IMG/VR virus record: IMGVR_UViG_3300025886_000021
Location: 1 to 60,968 of that record
Length of the DNA: 60,968 bases
Direction: 5' to 3' (one strand)
Source of the DNA: a virus
Taxonomy: Duplodnaviria; Caudoviricetes
Translations under genes and position numbers: made by a program
The notes under the pieces: model-generated
Databases searched by the model: none
What the model was told of the DNA's origin: nothing
What the model saw: only the letters and a program-made list of their open reading frames with translations
Shown here: positions 9,650 to 19,019 of the stretch, piece by piece
Position numbering within the stretch: the first letter of the stretch is position 1
Layout: each line of letters opens with the position of its first letter

Positions 9650-9889
9650 TTAATCGTATTGATGTATATCTCGGATTTTCTGCATATATTTTGCATTAAT
9701 TAATTGAGCTCTACGCTTTACACTAGGTTTTGAAAATGTTCTATTTTCTTTAACTGCGTCTAATACGCCTAGTTGTTTCATTTTTCGTTTAAATGATCTC
9801 AATGCAAATGATATGTCTCGATCTACAACTGCTATTGCCGTAGGTGCACCTGGTACGATGCTTTTGTGATGTTTTTGTTTTTTACTCAT
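9650..9889 (-). CDS. rpsU: Phage-encoded 30S ribosomal protein bS21 (79 aa; probable start at 9889)
   Basis: V..DISFALRSFKRKMKQLGVL..VKENRTFSKPSVKRR matches the bS21 signature; location in the head module is typical of described bS21 phages. Confidence 0.9.
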   Translation of the reverse strand: MSKKQKHHKSIVPGAPTAIAVVDRDISFALRSFKRKMKQLGVLDAVKENRTFSKPSVKRRAQLINAKYMQKIRDIHQYD

Positions 9890-9899
9890 ATAACTTGTT

Positions 9900-10397
9900 T
9901 TAAATTTTTCTTTTAGGTGGCATTCTTCTTGCAGGTGGTTTCTTTTTGCTTCTTGGTGCTTGAAATGCAAATTTAACTAGTTCTGGCATTTGTGAAAAAT
10001 ATCCTTGAATCTTTTGTGATTCGCTGCCTGGATCTTCTCCTAAACGAAAATAAAAGTATCCTGTTAATCCAGATCGAGAACGTTCGTGTTTGATAATAGT
10101 AAAGCCTTTTTTAGTAGTCCAACGTTGCAAATCTTTAGCAACTGCGGCAGCTTCTTGTGGATCTCGCAATCGATACATAACATGACCATTATAGTCTGTA
10201 ATGTTGTTAGTTAATTGAGCTTCGTCTAATGATGGGTTATAACTGCCGTTCACTTCTAATTTTGCTGCGTCTTTGAAATCTTTCATATTTTGCGTTAAAT
10301 CTGGAAGTATTGTATTTAATTCTTTTGCTTCTGCAGAAGAAATTTCATTCAACCCAAAAAAGTCTCGATACAATTTTTTAAACTTACTCATTATCAT
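9900..10397 (-). CDS. Hypothetical protein: N-terminal leader plus ferredoxin-like (bS6/ACT-like) domain and basic tail
   Basis: Clear ORF with a promoter motif at 10410-10417; fold call made by eye only. Confidence 0.55.
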   Translation of the reverse strand: MIMSKFKKLYRDFFGLNEISSAEAKELNTILPDLTQNMKDFKDAAKLEVNGSYNPSLDEAQLTNNITDYNGHVMYRLRDPQEAAAVAKDLQRWTTKKGFTIIKHERSRSGLTGYFYFRLGEDPGSESQKIQGYFSQMPELVKFAFQAPRSKKKPPARRMPPKRKI

Positions 10398-10435
10398 TCT
10401 TTTATATTATATAAATATATATTCAATTATCCAAA

Positions 10436-10843
10436 TTAAAAGTATTTATTTAATCCTTCGCCAATATCATTTAGTGCAGCTTCCATTTTACGTTCATTAA
10501 TAACAACTTCTGTTGCAGCTTTTTTTAGCTCATTAACTGCGGCTGTTACATAATTCAGTCTGCGCTTTTCCGCTACTTTCTCTAACATTTCATTTTGCGA
10601 TTCACCAATCATACGTTCCGCAGTCTCAACCATTTTGCTAACACCGTTAACCATTTTTTCTAGATTTCTTTTAGTTACCATCGCATCAACTGTTTCTTCA
10701 TATCTAGATATAGCTTCTGAAAATTCTTGTTTTTCTTCTTCTGTTAATGCAGCCGGTTGCTCACCGAATACCGTTTCTTTTTTCAAATGTTGCTCATACA
10801 ATATATCTCGTATAGCGTTTAAATTTTTAGATTCAAATTTCAT
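10436..10843 (-). CDS. Helical hypothetical protein, probable prohead core component (start probably MKFESK at 10843)
   Basis: AGGA upstream of the ATG at 10843; coiled-coil character; downstream of the protease. Confidence 0.55.
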   Translation of the reverse strand: MKFESKNLNAIRDILYEQHLKKETVFGEQPAALTEEEKQEFSEAISRYEETVDAMVTKRNLEKMVNGVSKMVETAERMIGESQNEMLEKVAEKRRLNYVTAAVNELKKAATEVVINERKMEAALNDIGEGLNKYF

Positions 10844-10844
10844 G

Positions 10845-11465
10845 TTATATCCTACATTTACCATCTTCACATAGTATTGATGTGATTATGTCGTTTACTT
10901 TTTTATATTTATTTGTTTTATTTTTTTCGACTGACTCTTTCATCATTCCCATGAATGCACCTTGCGTCGACGGGTTACTAACAAAATCCCAACAAATCAA
11001 TTCAAAATCGTCTTGTACTTCTACAATGCCTTCATTTCTAAGTTCTTTTACGCTACCGAGGCCTCTACTAGAAATACCCAACGTAATACCTTCTTTAAAC
11101 AATGACTTTAATATTTTTCCAGATGGTGTATCTAATACTTGAACTACGCCTTTTAAATCGTCGCCTTCCCACCATATTTTTAAAACATTGTGAGACACGT
11201 TGTTTAAATTGACAACACTTGACTCTGGATGATCTAATTCACCTAGAGCTCTGTTTTGATCTATATATTCTTTCTGATATCTCTGACATTCTCGCATTAA
11301 TATATTTTTAGGATAGACTCTACCATTTTGGTTTTTTGCACCTGAACGTTGCAATATACCTTGAACTACAAATCCTCCTGGGATTCCATATTTAGCACCA
11401 TTTGACTCATTGAGTGACCCAATTGGATTAAATTGCATGTATTCTACTAATAATGGTTTTGACAT
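10845..11465 (-). CDS. Prohead protease (T4 gp21-like)
   Basis: NGRVYP, ALGELDHP, GISSRGLGS and DFVSNPST motifs. Confidence 0.95.
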   Translation of the reverse strand: MSKPLLVEYMQFNPIGSLNESNGAKYGIPGGFVVQGILQRSGAKNQNGRVYPKNILMRECQRYQKEYIDQNRALGELDHPESSVVNLNNVSHNVLKIWWEGDDLKGVVQVLDTPSGKILKSLFKEGITLGISSRGLGSVKELRNEGIVEVQDDFELICWDFVSNPSTQGAFMGMMKESVEKNKTNKYKKVNDIITSILCEDGKCRI

Positions 11466-11466
11466 C

Positions 11467-12267
11467 TTACTCTCCTAATGATCTAACTCGCTCTGATATT
11501 TTAATTAATCGCTCTGATATTTTTCTTAAAGCATTATGTGTTCCGCTACTAAAGCCAGAATGTGATATTCCAGACTCAGTTTTTAATCTGCCAGTATATT
11601 TAACAGTCTCTTCAATTTCTTTTAGTTTTTTAGCTACTTCTCTAATAGACGCATTAACAGTTTTAGAAGGACTAGAATTTTTTTTGCCTAAAGCAAAATC
11701 TCGATATCCTTCTATAAGTTGTTCATATTTAGTATCCATGGCTTCCTGTACATAATCATATTCCGTATGAAGTTTTGTTTTAGGAGCATCAGTATATCCT
11801 GTGCTTTGGTTAAGGTTAGGATTTGTTTGTTTTCGTTTAGCAACAAAATTCTTCGTCATATATGCACCAGCTCCAGCTGATGTGGAAGCTTCGTCTACTT
11901 CTTTATCCATTGCTGCGTCTATTGCTTCTCCGCGTGCTTGTTCCCAACTAGACAATTCTCCATCATCATTTAAATCGGATTTTGCATCTACTGCTTCGTT
12001 TTTAGCACATCGTTGACATTCGTCTTTTATATGTGACGTTAATTTTCCAGAACATTTTTCACAAGTTTTATATTCCCAATCATCTCGATTTTTACCAGCG
12101 GCACTTTGCATAGCAGCTTTTGAAGTTTTACTCATGGCTTTTTTAATAGCATTATCTTTTACACCTCTATACTCGTCTGAATCAGATTCTTGGTTGCCAT
12201 CACCGTCCCAATCTTTTTCAGTAAGAGCTTTAAAGCTTTCGTCTATTTGTTTCAAAAATGATTTCAT
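11467..12267 (-). CDS. Probable prohead core/internal protein
   Basis: Two Dx[DN]xDG motifs (DWDGDG, DLNDDG), CEKC/CQRC, and multiple LTE/VDE/VQE/LIE sites; lies in the head module. Confidence 0.55.
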   Translation of the reverse strand: MKSFLKQIDESFKALTEKDWDGDGNQESDSDEYRGVKDNAIKKAMSKTSKAAMQSAAGKNRDDWEYKTCEKCSGKLTSHIKDECQRCAKNEAVDAKSDLNDDGELSSWEQARGEAIDAAMDKEVDEASTSAGAGAYMTKNFVAKRKQTNPNLNQSTGYTDAPKTKLHTEYDYVQEAMDTKYEQLIEGYRDFALGKKNSSPSKTVNASIREVAKKLKEIEETVKYTGRLKTESGISHSGFSSGTHNALRKISERLIKISERVRSLGE

Positions 12268-13115
12268 TTGTGCACTCCATTTAATTCATCTATCAAGTCC
12301 ATGTAACGCATTAAAGAAACTATATTAGATTCATTTAAATGTTTCATTGTTTCTACATTGCATAGCATTTCAGAAAGCCGTTGTACTTTAATTTTAGTTA
12401 CCTTTTCGTTGATGCGATTTGCATGTTCCGATAATCTCTTTTTCAATGTTGGTATAACTTTGCTAACATATTGTTTTAGTGATTCTGAATCATTGACATT
12501 GGTAATATATTGATTCAACAATTGTTTTTGTGATTCAGATAATACCGAATACTTGTCATTGAATTTGTCTATCATTATTTTATATGTTAATAAACGATCG
12601 GTTTTTTCTTGTTTCGAAAATGTTTCTAACAATGTGTCTTGTTTAGGTTTCGAATTTGCTTTTGGCAATGTGTTTTCAACAATAACATTTTTACATTGCA
12701 TCAAGCGTTTTGGGTTGTCTGTTTCTTTGTATTCAAACAACAAGTATATGGATGCCAATTCTTTGTAATTATTGATATGCATCTTAGCCAAGTCTTCAAA
12801 AACAAATTGTTCTGATATTTCTTTGACTAAATTATATTTCTGTCTTTTTAATACACTCTGATTTATTTTTGAATGTGTATGTTTGATAGTATTAATATAA
12901 TCTAAAGCACGTGCTTCTGTTTTATGTTGTTCTTTCAATAATCCATTATACAATTGGAGCTCTTTGGCTAACTCAGTGTTTTTGCCAAAATACTTTTTAA
13001 TAATGTCTATAGTTACTGATTTGTCTGACGTCATTGTTTCAGACGTTAACTTGCGAACTAGCATTTCAAATAAAATGCCGGTGTTCTTGTATTTTGAATG
13101 TTTTAGTTTTTTCAT
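12264..13115 (-). CDS. Head-module hypothetical protein
   Basis: 283-aa helical ORF (KHSKYKNTGILFE) between portal and protease, with a promoter motif at 13142-13149. Confidence 0.6.
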   Translation of the reverse strand: MKKLKHSKYKNTGILFEMLVRKLTSETMTSDKSVTIDIIKKYFGKNTELAKELQLYNGLLKEQHKTEARALDYINTIKHTHSKINQSVLKRQKYNLVKEISEQFVFEDLAKMHINNYKELASIYLLFEYKETDNPKRLMQCKNVIVENTLPKANSKPKQDTLLETFSKQEKTDRLLTYKIMIDKFNDKYSVLSESQKQLLNQYITNVNDSESLKQYVSKVIPTLKKRLSEHANRINEKVTKIKVQRLSEMLCNVETMKHLNESNIVSLMRYMDLIDELNGVHK

Positions 13116-13158
13116 ACTGAAGCCAGTAGTTTTCTTTTATTTATAAATATGTACGAAT

Positions 13159-14988
13159 CTATAAAATATTGTTCTCATCTAACATTGTTCCTGAATCTTC
13201 GTCATTACTAGATGATTTAAGTGTCTCTGTTATGATTTTTGATCCTTTTTTCTTCTTAAAATAATTGATAACGCTTTTACTTTCAGACGTCATTGACATT
13301 TTTCTTTGTCGAACATCTGGTTGAAATGCAGTTTTTTGATTTTCTGGGTCAAATGCCTGTTTAATTGTTTTGTTACCAAGCGGATCCCATCCCATTTCAT
13401 TTTGATGTTGTCCCGACTTGATTCCTTCATATGGTCGACCTCCTACGTCTTTATCTTCAACTTCATCAGAGCTCATATGCATTGATGCTAAGTCGTGTGG
13501 AGTGCCATAAGATGCTCCAGTTATTGTAGGATCATTTCCTTCTTGTTCAATTTGATTTTGTCGGAAACGAAGTTTCAAGTCTTCTATAACATTGGTTCTT
13601 TCTTGCAGCCATTGTTCTTCGGACATGTTGAATATGAATTCATATATGTATTTATCTGATACCAACTTGCTGTCTTTCATTGTGTTAGCAAGATTTATTT
13701 TTTCGTTCATCAATGCAACTTTTTGTTGATCATATATGATGGATGGTGATGTTAGTGACAAGTCAAAATTAACCAGATCTTCGCCTTCATATCCTTGCGA
13801 TGCAAGATGCACTATACCAATTTTATATAGTTCAGAAACAATAATTTTTTGTATGCGTTCTATTGTTCGGGCGAATCGCATATCCATTGATGCTAATGTA
13901 GTTTTACCTTCAACACCTTCATCAAAACCTAGGAAAGGCTTTGGTATCTTGAGAGCAGCCATCATCTTGTTTTTCACATACTCAATATCTTCAGTACCAG
14001 TCCATGTCATTCCTGGTAGTGTGTCTATTTGCGTTTGTGAATTGCCTCCCCTAACCGGTAAAAAGAAGTCTTCAATCATGTTATTGAGATTGAATTTCAA
14101 ATTGTAATTACCTGTTTTTTGATCGACGTGTGGAATTTTTTTCATCTTGTTGATAATTTGTTCCATGAATGTGTCTACTTCATTAGGTGGTATGTTACCT
14201 ATGTCTATCTTGAATATACGCTTCTCTGGTGCTCTCATTATTCTGTGTATGAGCATTGCATCTTCAAGCATGGTTAGTTTTTGAAACTCTTGTCTTGCTC
14301 CTTCTAACATGGAACGGCCATATGGTAAAAAGTTAGAATCTGATAGCAGTCGGAAATGGGCAATTTCGAAAGTATCATACCATTCTTCTGCGGTTGATAT
14401 ATGTTTAAACTTTATATCATATTCGCCAGTTTCACTATCATATTCTTCATAACGTTCAATTTCATAAGTAGAAAGTGGATGTGCATTTATTATTCCAATC
14501 TCGTCTGCAATATCTAGTTTTAAGAAGAAATCTCCATACTTTGTTACGTTTCTAATCCATGACCACATATTAAAGTCAATGTTTAATATGTCGTAAAACA
14601 AGTTGTAAAGTACTTTTTGCAGCTTACTATCATTGGTCTTGATAGTCAATATATCTCCGAATTGGTCTTCCAATGTAGATTCATCAGAATATATATCTAA
14701 TGCAGAATGAATAATTGGATCGCGGTCCATCATTTCATAATCAGTATACAATTGTATACGATTTTGGTGCATATAGTAATTAGAGTCATACCCACCATGT
14801 AGCCCTCCAACTTTGTGTTTAGTTGAACCATGAAGCCTGGTATATCTGTCGGCTAATTTAGTATGAGCTAAGTTTCCGCCGTTCTGTAATCGATTAGTAT
14901 CAACTACTCGGAGCTTATCTTTTCCAACTGCTCGTACTATAACATTGGTACGAAACAAATTTCTTAAACGTTTTCTTAACGACGCCAT
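13159..14988 (-). CDS. Portal protein (T4 gp20-like)
   Basis: YGRSMLE, EDAMLIHRIMRAPEKRIFKIDIGN, EDFFLP, IDTLPG and ALKIPK motifs. Confidence 0.95.
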   Translation of the reverse strand: MASLRKRLRNLFRTNVIVRAVGKDKLRVVDTNRLQNGGNLAHTKLADRYTRLHGSTKHKVGGLHGGYDSNYYMHQNRIQLYTDYEMMDRDPIIHSALDIYSDESTLEDQFGDILTIKTNDSKLQKVLYNLFYDILNIDFNMWSWIRNVTKYGDFFLKLDIADEIGIINAHPLSTYEIERYEEYDSETGEYDIKFKHISTAEEWYDTFEIAHFRLLSDSNFLPYGRSMLEGARQEFQKLTMLEDAMLIHRIMRAPEKRIFKIDIGNIPPNEVDTFMEQIINKMKKIPHVDQKTGNYNLKFNLNNMIEDFFLPVRGGNSQTQIDTLPGMTWTGTEDIEYVKNKMMAALKIPKPFLGFDEGVEGKTTLASMDMRFARTIERIQKIIVSELYKIGIVHLASQGYEGEDLVNFDLSLTSPSIIYDQQKVALMNEKINLANTMKDSKLVSDKYIYEFIFNMSEEQWLQERTNVIEDLKLRFRQNQIEQEGNDPTITGASYGTPHDLASMHMSSDEVEDKDVGGRPYEGIKSGQHQNEMGWDPLGNKTIKQAFDPENQKTAFQPDVRQRKMSMTSESKSVINYFKKKKGSKIITETLKSSSNDEDSGTMLDENNIL

Positions 14989-15038
14989 AATGTATTTCTT
15001 TTATTATAAATATAACTAATTAAAGATCCAAGCAATTT

Positions 15039-16619
15039 TTATATTAACCAGGTTAAATCTTCGCCATCTTTGCCATTGTGCCAATCCCACCCTGAATCTT
15101 TGGGTCTGTTATTTGCAGTGTATATAACATTGTCGGATTTCTGAAATTGCGATAATGCTCGCTTGTTTAAATCAATTCCATGTTGTCTTAATTTTAAAGA
15201 AGTATCTCTGAGCCATAATCCTATACAAAAAGCCATTACTAAATCATCATTGTAACCTACTTGACTTTGTGCTTTGCCATTTAACCATATAAATACAAAT
15301 AGCTCTTGTATGAGTCGTTTACTGCGTATAACCGGTGTGTTTTCTCGCATATACATTTCTAATGCAGATATCATTAATGGACGAGTTCTGCTTGTTGTCG
15401 ACACTCCGGGAACCATTTTTGACTTGTCTTTCATGTCATATCCCTTTTGAAGTTGAACGTCTACATCTACATATCCATCGTCTTTATATGTATAAAATAA
15501 ATTTTCATAGTTTCTGTCTAATGCTGGTTGAATTGCTGCCCACCCTATATTTGCATTTTCAATTGCAAGTAAAGCATTGTTCCATTCTGTTGCAACTGTT
15601 ACTAACATGTTACCAAAATCTTTAGGTGGTATCTTGCCTTTATATTCAGCAACTTGTGTTACTGTTTCGACATCTAGAACGTGAAATGTAGACCAGTCTG
15701 CCGCATCGCCCCGAGCAACGTCAGCTACTACCACATAGTCTTTTGAATAGTCAGGATATTCCCATACCCAATATCCATTGTCAAATCCACGCTTTTCAAT
15801 TGGCTCACAGCATTTTTCTTCATATGATAAAAGTATTTTACCATCAACTACAGTGTGACCTGAACTAACAAAATCACAATCACATTCTTGAGCAGCACCA
15901 CGTTCACCTAATAATTGTGTTTGTTCATTACGCCATATTTGATCTCGATCTGGATGAACTGTCCAATGCAATTTAATGTTGTGCCATTGGGTTTGAGCAT
16001 TAGTCTCTCCATCTACCCAAGTTTTATGAAACCAATTACCGACACCATTTGGAGTAGATAAAACTACAGCGCCACCACCAGTTGATAGTGTTGCTTGTGA
16101 TGCTATCCATATCTCTTCAATGTTTCTGATAAAAGCGGCTTCATCTATTATTAATAAGGATAATGCTTCCGAACGTGCTCCTGTACCTGCACTTGATACT
16201 GCTTTAATTTGAGAACCATTTTTAAATTTTAAAGATAATTTGTTGTCTGCTTCTATAGTACCTTTCAACCAACTTGGTAAATTGTCATGCATTACTCGAA
16301 CTTTAGTTACCAGGTTCTTTGCTACTTCTTGTGTAGTTGCAATAACTAACACGTTAAAGTCTTCGTTAAACAACATGCTCCATAAAGCAAATCCTGCTGC
16401 TAATGTTGATATACCTAACTGTCTAGACTTCAATATAACACTGTATCTGTTGTCTCTGAGTTGTGATAATGAATCCTCTTGAAAGTCATATAAATTAAAT
16501 TTTATTTTGCCTCGCTTAGGATGTTGTATATAACAATATTGTCGCATAAAGAAAATTGGATCGGCAGCACACATTTGATATTGCTGTTGAATGATTTCTT
16601 TTATACTTGGATTTGCCAT
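15039..16619 (-). CDS. terL: Terminase large subunit (gp17-like)
   Basis: KSRQLGIST Walker A, LIIDEAAF Walker B, STPNG, and nuclease ADVARGD...DDLVMA motifs. Confidence 0.96.
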   Translation of the reverse strand: MANPSIKEIIQQQYQMCAADPIFFMRQYCYIQHPKRGKIKFNLYDFQEDSLSQLRDNRYSVILKSRQLGISTLAAGFALWSMLFNEDFNVLVIATTQEVAKNLVTKVRVMHDNLPSWLKGTIEADNKLSLKFKNGSQIKAVSSAGTGARSEALSLLIIDEAAFIRNIEEIWIASQATLSTGGGAVVLSTPNGVGNWFHKTWVDGETNAQTQWHNIKLHWTVHPDRDQIWRNEQTQLLGERGAAQECDCDFVSSGHTVVDGKILLSYEEKCCEPIEKRGFDNGYWVWEYPDYSKDYVVVADVARGDAADWSTFHVLDVETVTQVAEYKGKIPPKDFGNMLVTVATEWNNALLAIENANIGWAAIQPALDRNYENLFYTYKDDGYVDVDVQLQKGYDMKDKSKMVPGVSTTSRTRPLMISALEMYMRENTPVIRSKRLIQELFVFIWLNGKAQSQVGYNDDLVMAFCIGLWLRDTSLKLRQHGIDLNKRALSQFQKSDNVIYTANNRPKDSGWDWHNGKDGEDLTWLI

Positions 16620-16999
16620 TATTGTATTACCTCTACTATAAATTTACCTGTTAATACTGTAGTTAATATTCCGGCACTAAACCATATAAATTTATGATTA
16701 TACCATTTAGGTTGTAAATGTTTTTGTTGTTTAACATATAGATTTATGTTTTCTTCAAGCAGATCAACTTGTTGTTGTTTGAATTGTAAATGTAATGAAT
16801 CCAATTGCAATAACTCATCTTGTTTTTGTATAACTGCATCTTGTTGATATATTAATGCATTGTTAACTGAGTCTTGATAATACAGTTCATTTAATGTTTC
16901 TGATATGTTTATTAATTGTTGTTCTGTGAAACAAGTATCAGATACAGTTTGTCCGAATACAGTTATTGGAAATAATATTGCAAAAATTAATTGTTTCAT
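16619..16999 (-). CDS. Secreted coiled-coil protein with C-terminal hydrophobic anchor (possible spanin component)
   Basis: Signal peptide MKQLIFAILFPITVFG|Q, Q/L-rich coiled coil and a C-terminal hydrophobic segment. Confidence 0.5.
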   Translation of the reverse strand: MKQLIFAILFPITVFGQTVSDTCFTEQQLINISETLNELYYQDSVNNALIYQQDAVIQKQDELLQLDSLHLQFKQQQVDLLEENINLYVKQQKHLQPKWYNHKFIWFSAGILTTVLTGKFIVEVIQ

Positions 17000-17331
17000 T
17001 TTTTTCTTTTAGTTTTTGAAACAATATTCTTTTTTGCGTCTGTTACAGATTTTTTTGGACGGCCGGGTTTACGTTTTACCGTTTTAGTTTTTTTGACTGT
17101 TTCTTTAAGATCAGTCAAATCTTGTTTAACTTTATGTTTTTGAGTTTTTAATTGATCTTCTTTACCTTTGACTCGTTCAATCTTTTTTTCGTTATCATCA
17201 ATTTTTTCTTGAATTTTTTCAGATTTTTTTCGTTTGAATAATCCTCCAAATGCTGATATAATTGCTATAGCTGAAATTATACCTCCAACAATCCAAAACC
17301 AATACATTTTAATCTTGTTCCAAATTTTCAT
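16996..17331 (-). CDS. Membrane-anchored basic coiled-coil protein (possible i-spanin-like)
   Basis: N-terminal TM segment (WFWIVGGIISAIAIISAFGG) followed by a K/E coiled coil; GGAG upstream of the ATG at 17331. Confidence 0.5.
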   Translation of the reverse strand: MKIWNKIKMYWFWIVGGIISAIAIISAFGGLFKRKKSEKIQEKIDDNEKKIERVKGKEDQLKTQKHKVKQDLTDLKETVKKTKTVKRKPGRPKKSVTDAKKNIVSKTKRKK

Positions 17332-17977
17332 TTTTTTCTCCATTTGTGTGTGTATCTAATTTATTTAAAAAGTTTTGTTTATACTCTTCAAATCCGTTTA
17401 TAACTTTTTCTTCAAACTCTTCGGGAGTCATTTGTGCTGCCCAAGACTCAGTATCTCCTTTGCCATTAATTACTAGTTTAGACGCTTCTGTATATACTTC
17501 CCGCAACATATTAACATCCTGTTCGGCTTTTTGCAACCATGCTAATGCATTAGCTCGAGTTTTTTCTTGAGCATATTCTTCAAATTTACCTTGTTTTTTT
17601 AATTCATGTTCCATGTCAATAACACAGTCAAAACACATTCCGTGTATTGCTCGCATTTTTTTGTTGAGATGATATGTTGGATCACACGTGCATGTTTCGT
17701 TTGGACAATTGGCAAATGTTTTTAATTCTTCTCGTACTTCACTTAATACTTCTGAATTTTTTGGCTTACGTGTTCGGAATCCATCGTGTTGCTCTACAAT
17801 GGTTATATTTCCATTTGCGTCGACAGTTTCCCACGTATCACCAATTTCATGATGTTCGTTTCGTTTTTGTGTTGCATCAGTATCACTGAATCCTACTGTT
17901 TTTTTGGTTTGAAATTTGTGTGTGCCATCGAGCATTTTTTCGATAGCTTTGATGTTTTGTAACTTGTTTTTTCCCAT
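17309..17977 (-). CDS. Hypothetical protein with Cys cluster
   Basis: 222 aa; IGDTWE, CPNETCTC and CFDC motifs. Confidence 0.6.
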   Translation of the reverse strand: MGKNKLQNIKAIEKMLDGTHKFQTKKTVGFSDTDATQKRNEHHEIGDTWETVDANGNITIVEQHDGFRTRKPKNSEVLSEVREELKTFANCPNETCTCDPTYHLNKKMRAIHGMCFDCVIDMEHELKKQGKFEEYAQEKTRANALAWLQKAEQDVNMLREVYTEASKLVINGKGDTESWAAQMTPEEFEEKVINGFEEYKQNFLNKLDTHTNGEKNENLEQD

Positions 17978-17983
17978 ATTTTT

Positions 17984-18991
17984 CTATTTATTATCTGTAT
18001 AATCGTCTGATGGAGTTGGTGTTATTGATTTTAAATTTGTTCCATTATTTCTTGCAGCTGCAAGGAATGCAGATAAAAATTGTTTATTTTTTGAAGTTGA
18101 TTTTCCTTTTAATAATTTTAATAGTGTCGCAGCATATTTTGCGCCAGCTTCTTCAGGTGTAGAATTTTTAAAATATTTATTAAAATCAGTTTCATATTTT
18201 TTGGCAGTATTCTCTAAATTTGTTTCAGTTGCATCAATTGGTACTGGTTCTGAATCTGTTTCTGCAGCGTCATCGGTTGTTGCTGGTGCAACTGGACTTG
18301 GCGATGGACTAGATGATGACAAACCTCCGCCACCGCCTAGTGTAGCACCTCCACCCATATCTGCTGCTGGGTCTGCTCCGGCATCTGCACCTGGGTCTGC
18401 TGCTGGGTCTTCACCTGGATCTGTTGTTGGGTCTGCTGCTGGGTCTGCTGCTGGGTCTGCTGCTGGGTCTGCTGCTGGATCGGCGCCTGGATCGGCACCT
18501 AAGTCTGCTGCTGGCTCGGCACCTGGATCTGTTGTTGGGGGTGGATCTATTGTTCCTTGTTCCATTACATAATTTTCACGAATAACTTTGGCAATTTTAT
18601 TACGTACATATTGTCGAATAATTTGTTCTTTTTGTGATTCATTCATTTCATAAACGCCATTTTCCATTGCATCTAAATATCCTTCACTATCTTCAATTTG
18701 TAATTTTTTAAATACCTCTCGAGCTTGTTTTGGAGAATATTCACCGTCTTGTACTTTTTTATATAAACGATTTTTAATCTCCGGTACCATATTTTCTATG
18801 TCATTAATTACTTCGCCGTTAATATTTCTAGGTACTAATGGTTGTACACCATCTACTAAATTAGGCACCATACCATGAGCGTCAGGTGCAGTATAATCTT
18901 TAAGATCTTTTCTTGCTGCAATCTTTTGTGATGCTTCAAAGTTTTTTGGTTTTGTGTATTTGCTGTTATGCTTTGTTTCGTTTTTTGCCAT
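17984..18991 (-). CDS. Hypothetical low-complexity protein with DPAA repeats, probable internal head protein
   Basis: Promoter motif at 19012-19019; internal MNE, IRE and VME sites; Pro/Ala/Asp linker. Confidence 0.6.
   Translation of the reverse strand: MAKNETKHNSKYTKPKNFEASQKIAARKDLKDYTAPDAHGMVPNLVDGVQPLVPRNINGEVINDIENMVPEIKNRLYKKVQDGEYSPKQAREVFKKLQIEDSEGYLDAMENGVYEMNESQKEQIIRQYVRNKIAKVIRENYVMEQGTIDPPPTTDPGAEPAADLGADPGADPAADPAADPAADPAADPTTDPGEDPAADPGADAGADPAADMGGGATLGGGGGLSSSSPSPSPVAPATTDDAAETDSEPVPIDATETNLENTAKKYETDFNKYFKNSTPEEAGAKYAATLLKLLKGKSTSKNKQFLSAFLAAARNNGTNLKSITPTPSDDYTDNK
18360..18540. repeat. 12-bp coding minisatellite (gggtctgctgct x4 perfect at 18429-18476, with degenerate flanks)
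   Basis: Directly visible; encodes (DPAA)n. Confidence 0.9.
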
Positions 18992-19019
18992 TGTTTTATC
19001 CGTTTATTTAATATAAATA

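Noticed and set aside
9890-9970. Long 106-aa form of bS21
   Set aside because: The extension starts at TTG inside the upstream gene; the ATG at 9889 follows that gene's stop and gives a typical length.
18360-18540. Tandem 12-mers as CRISPR or iterons
   Set aside because: No spacers; an in-frame minisatellite encoding a DPAA linker.
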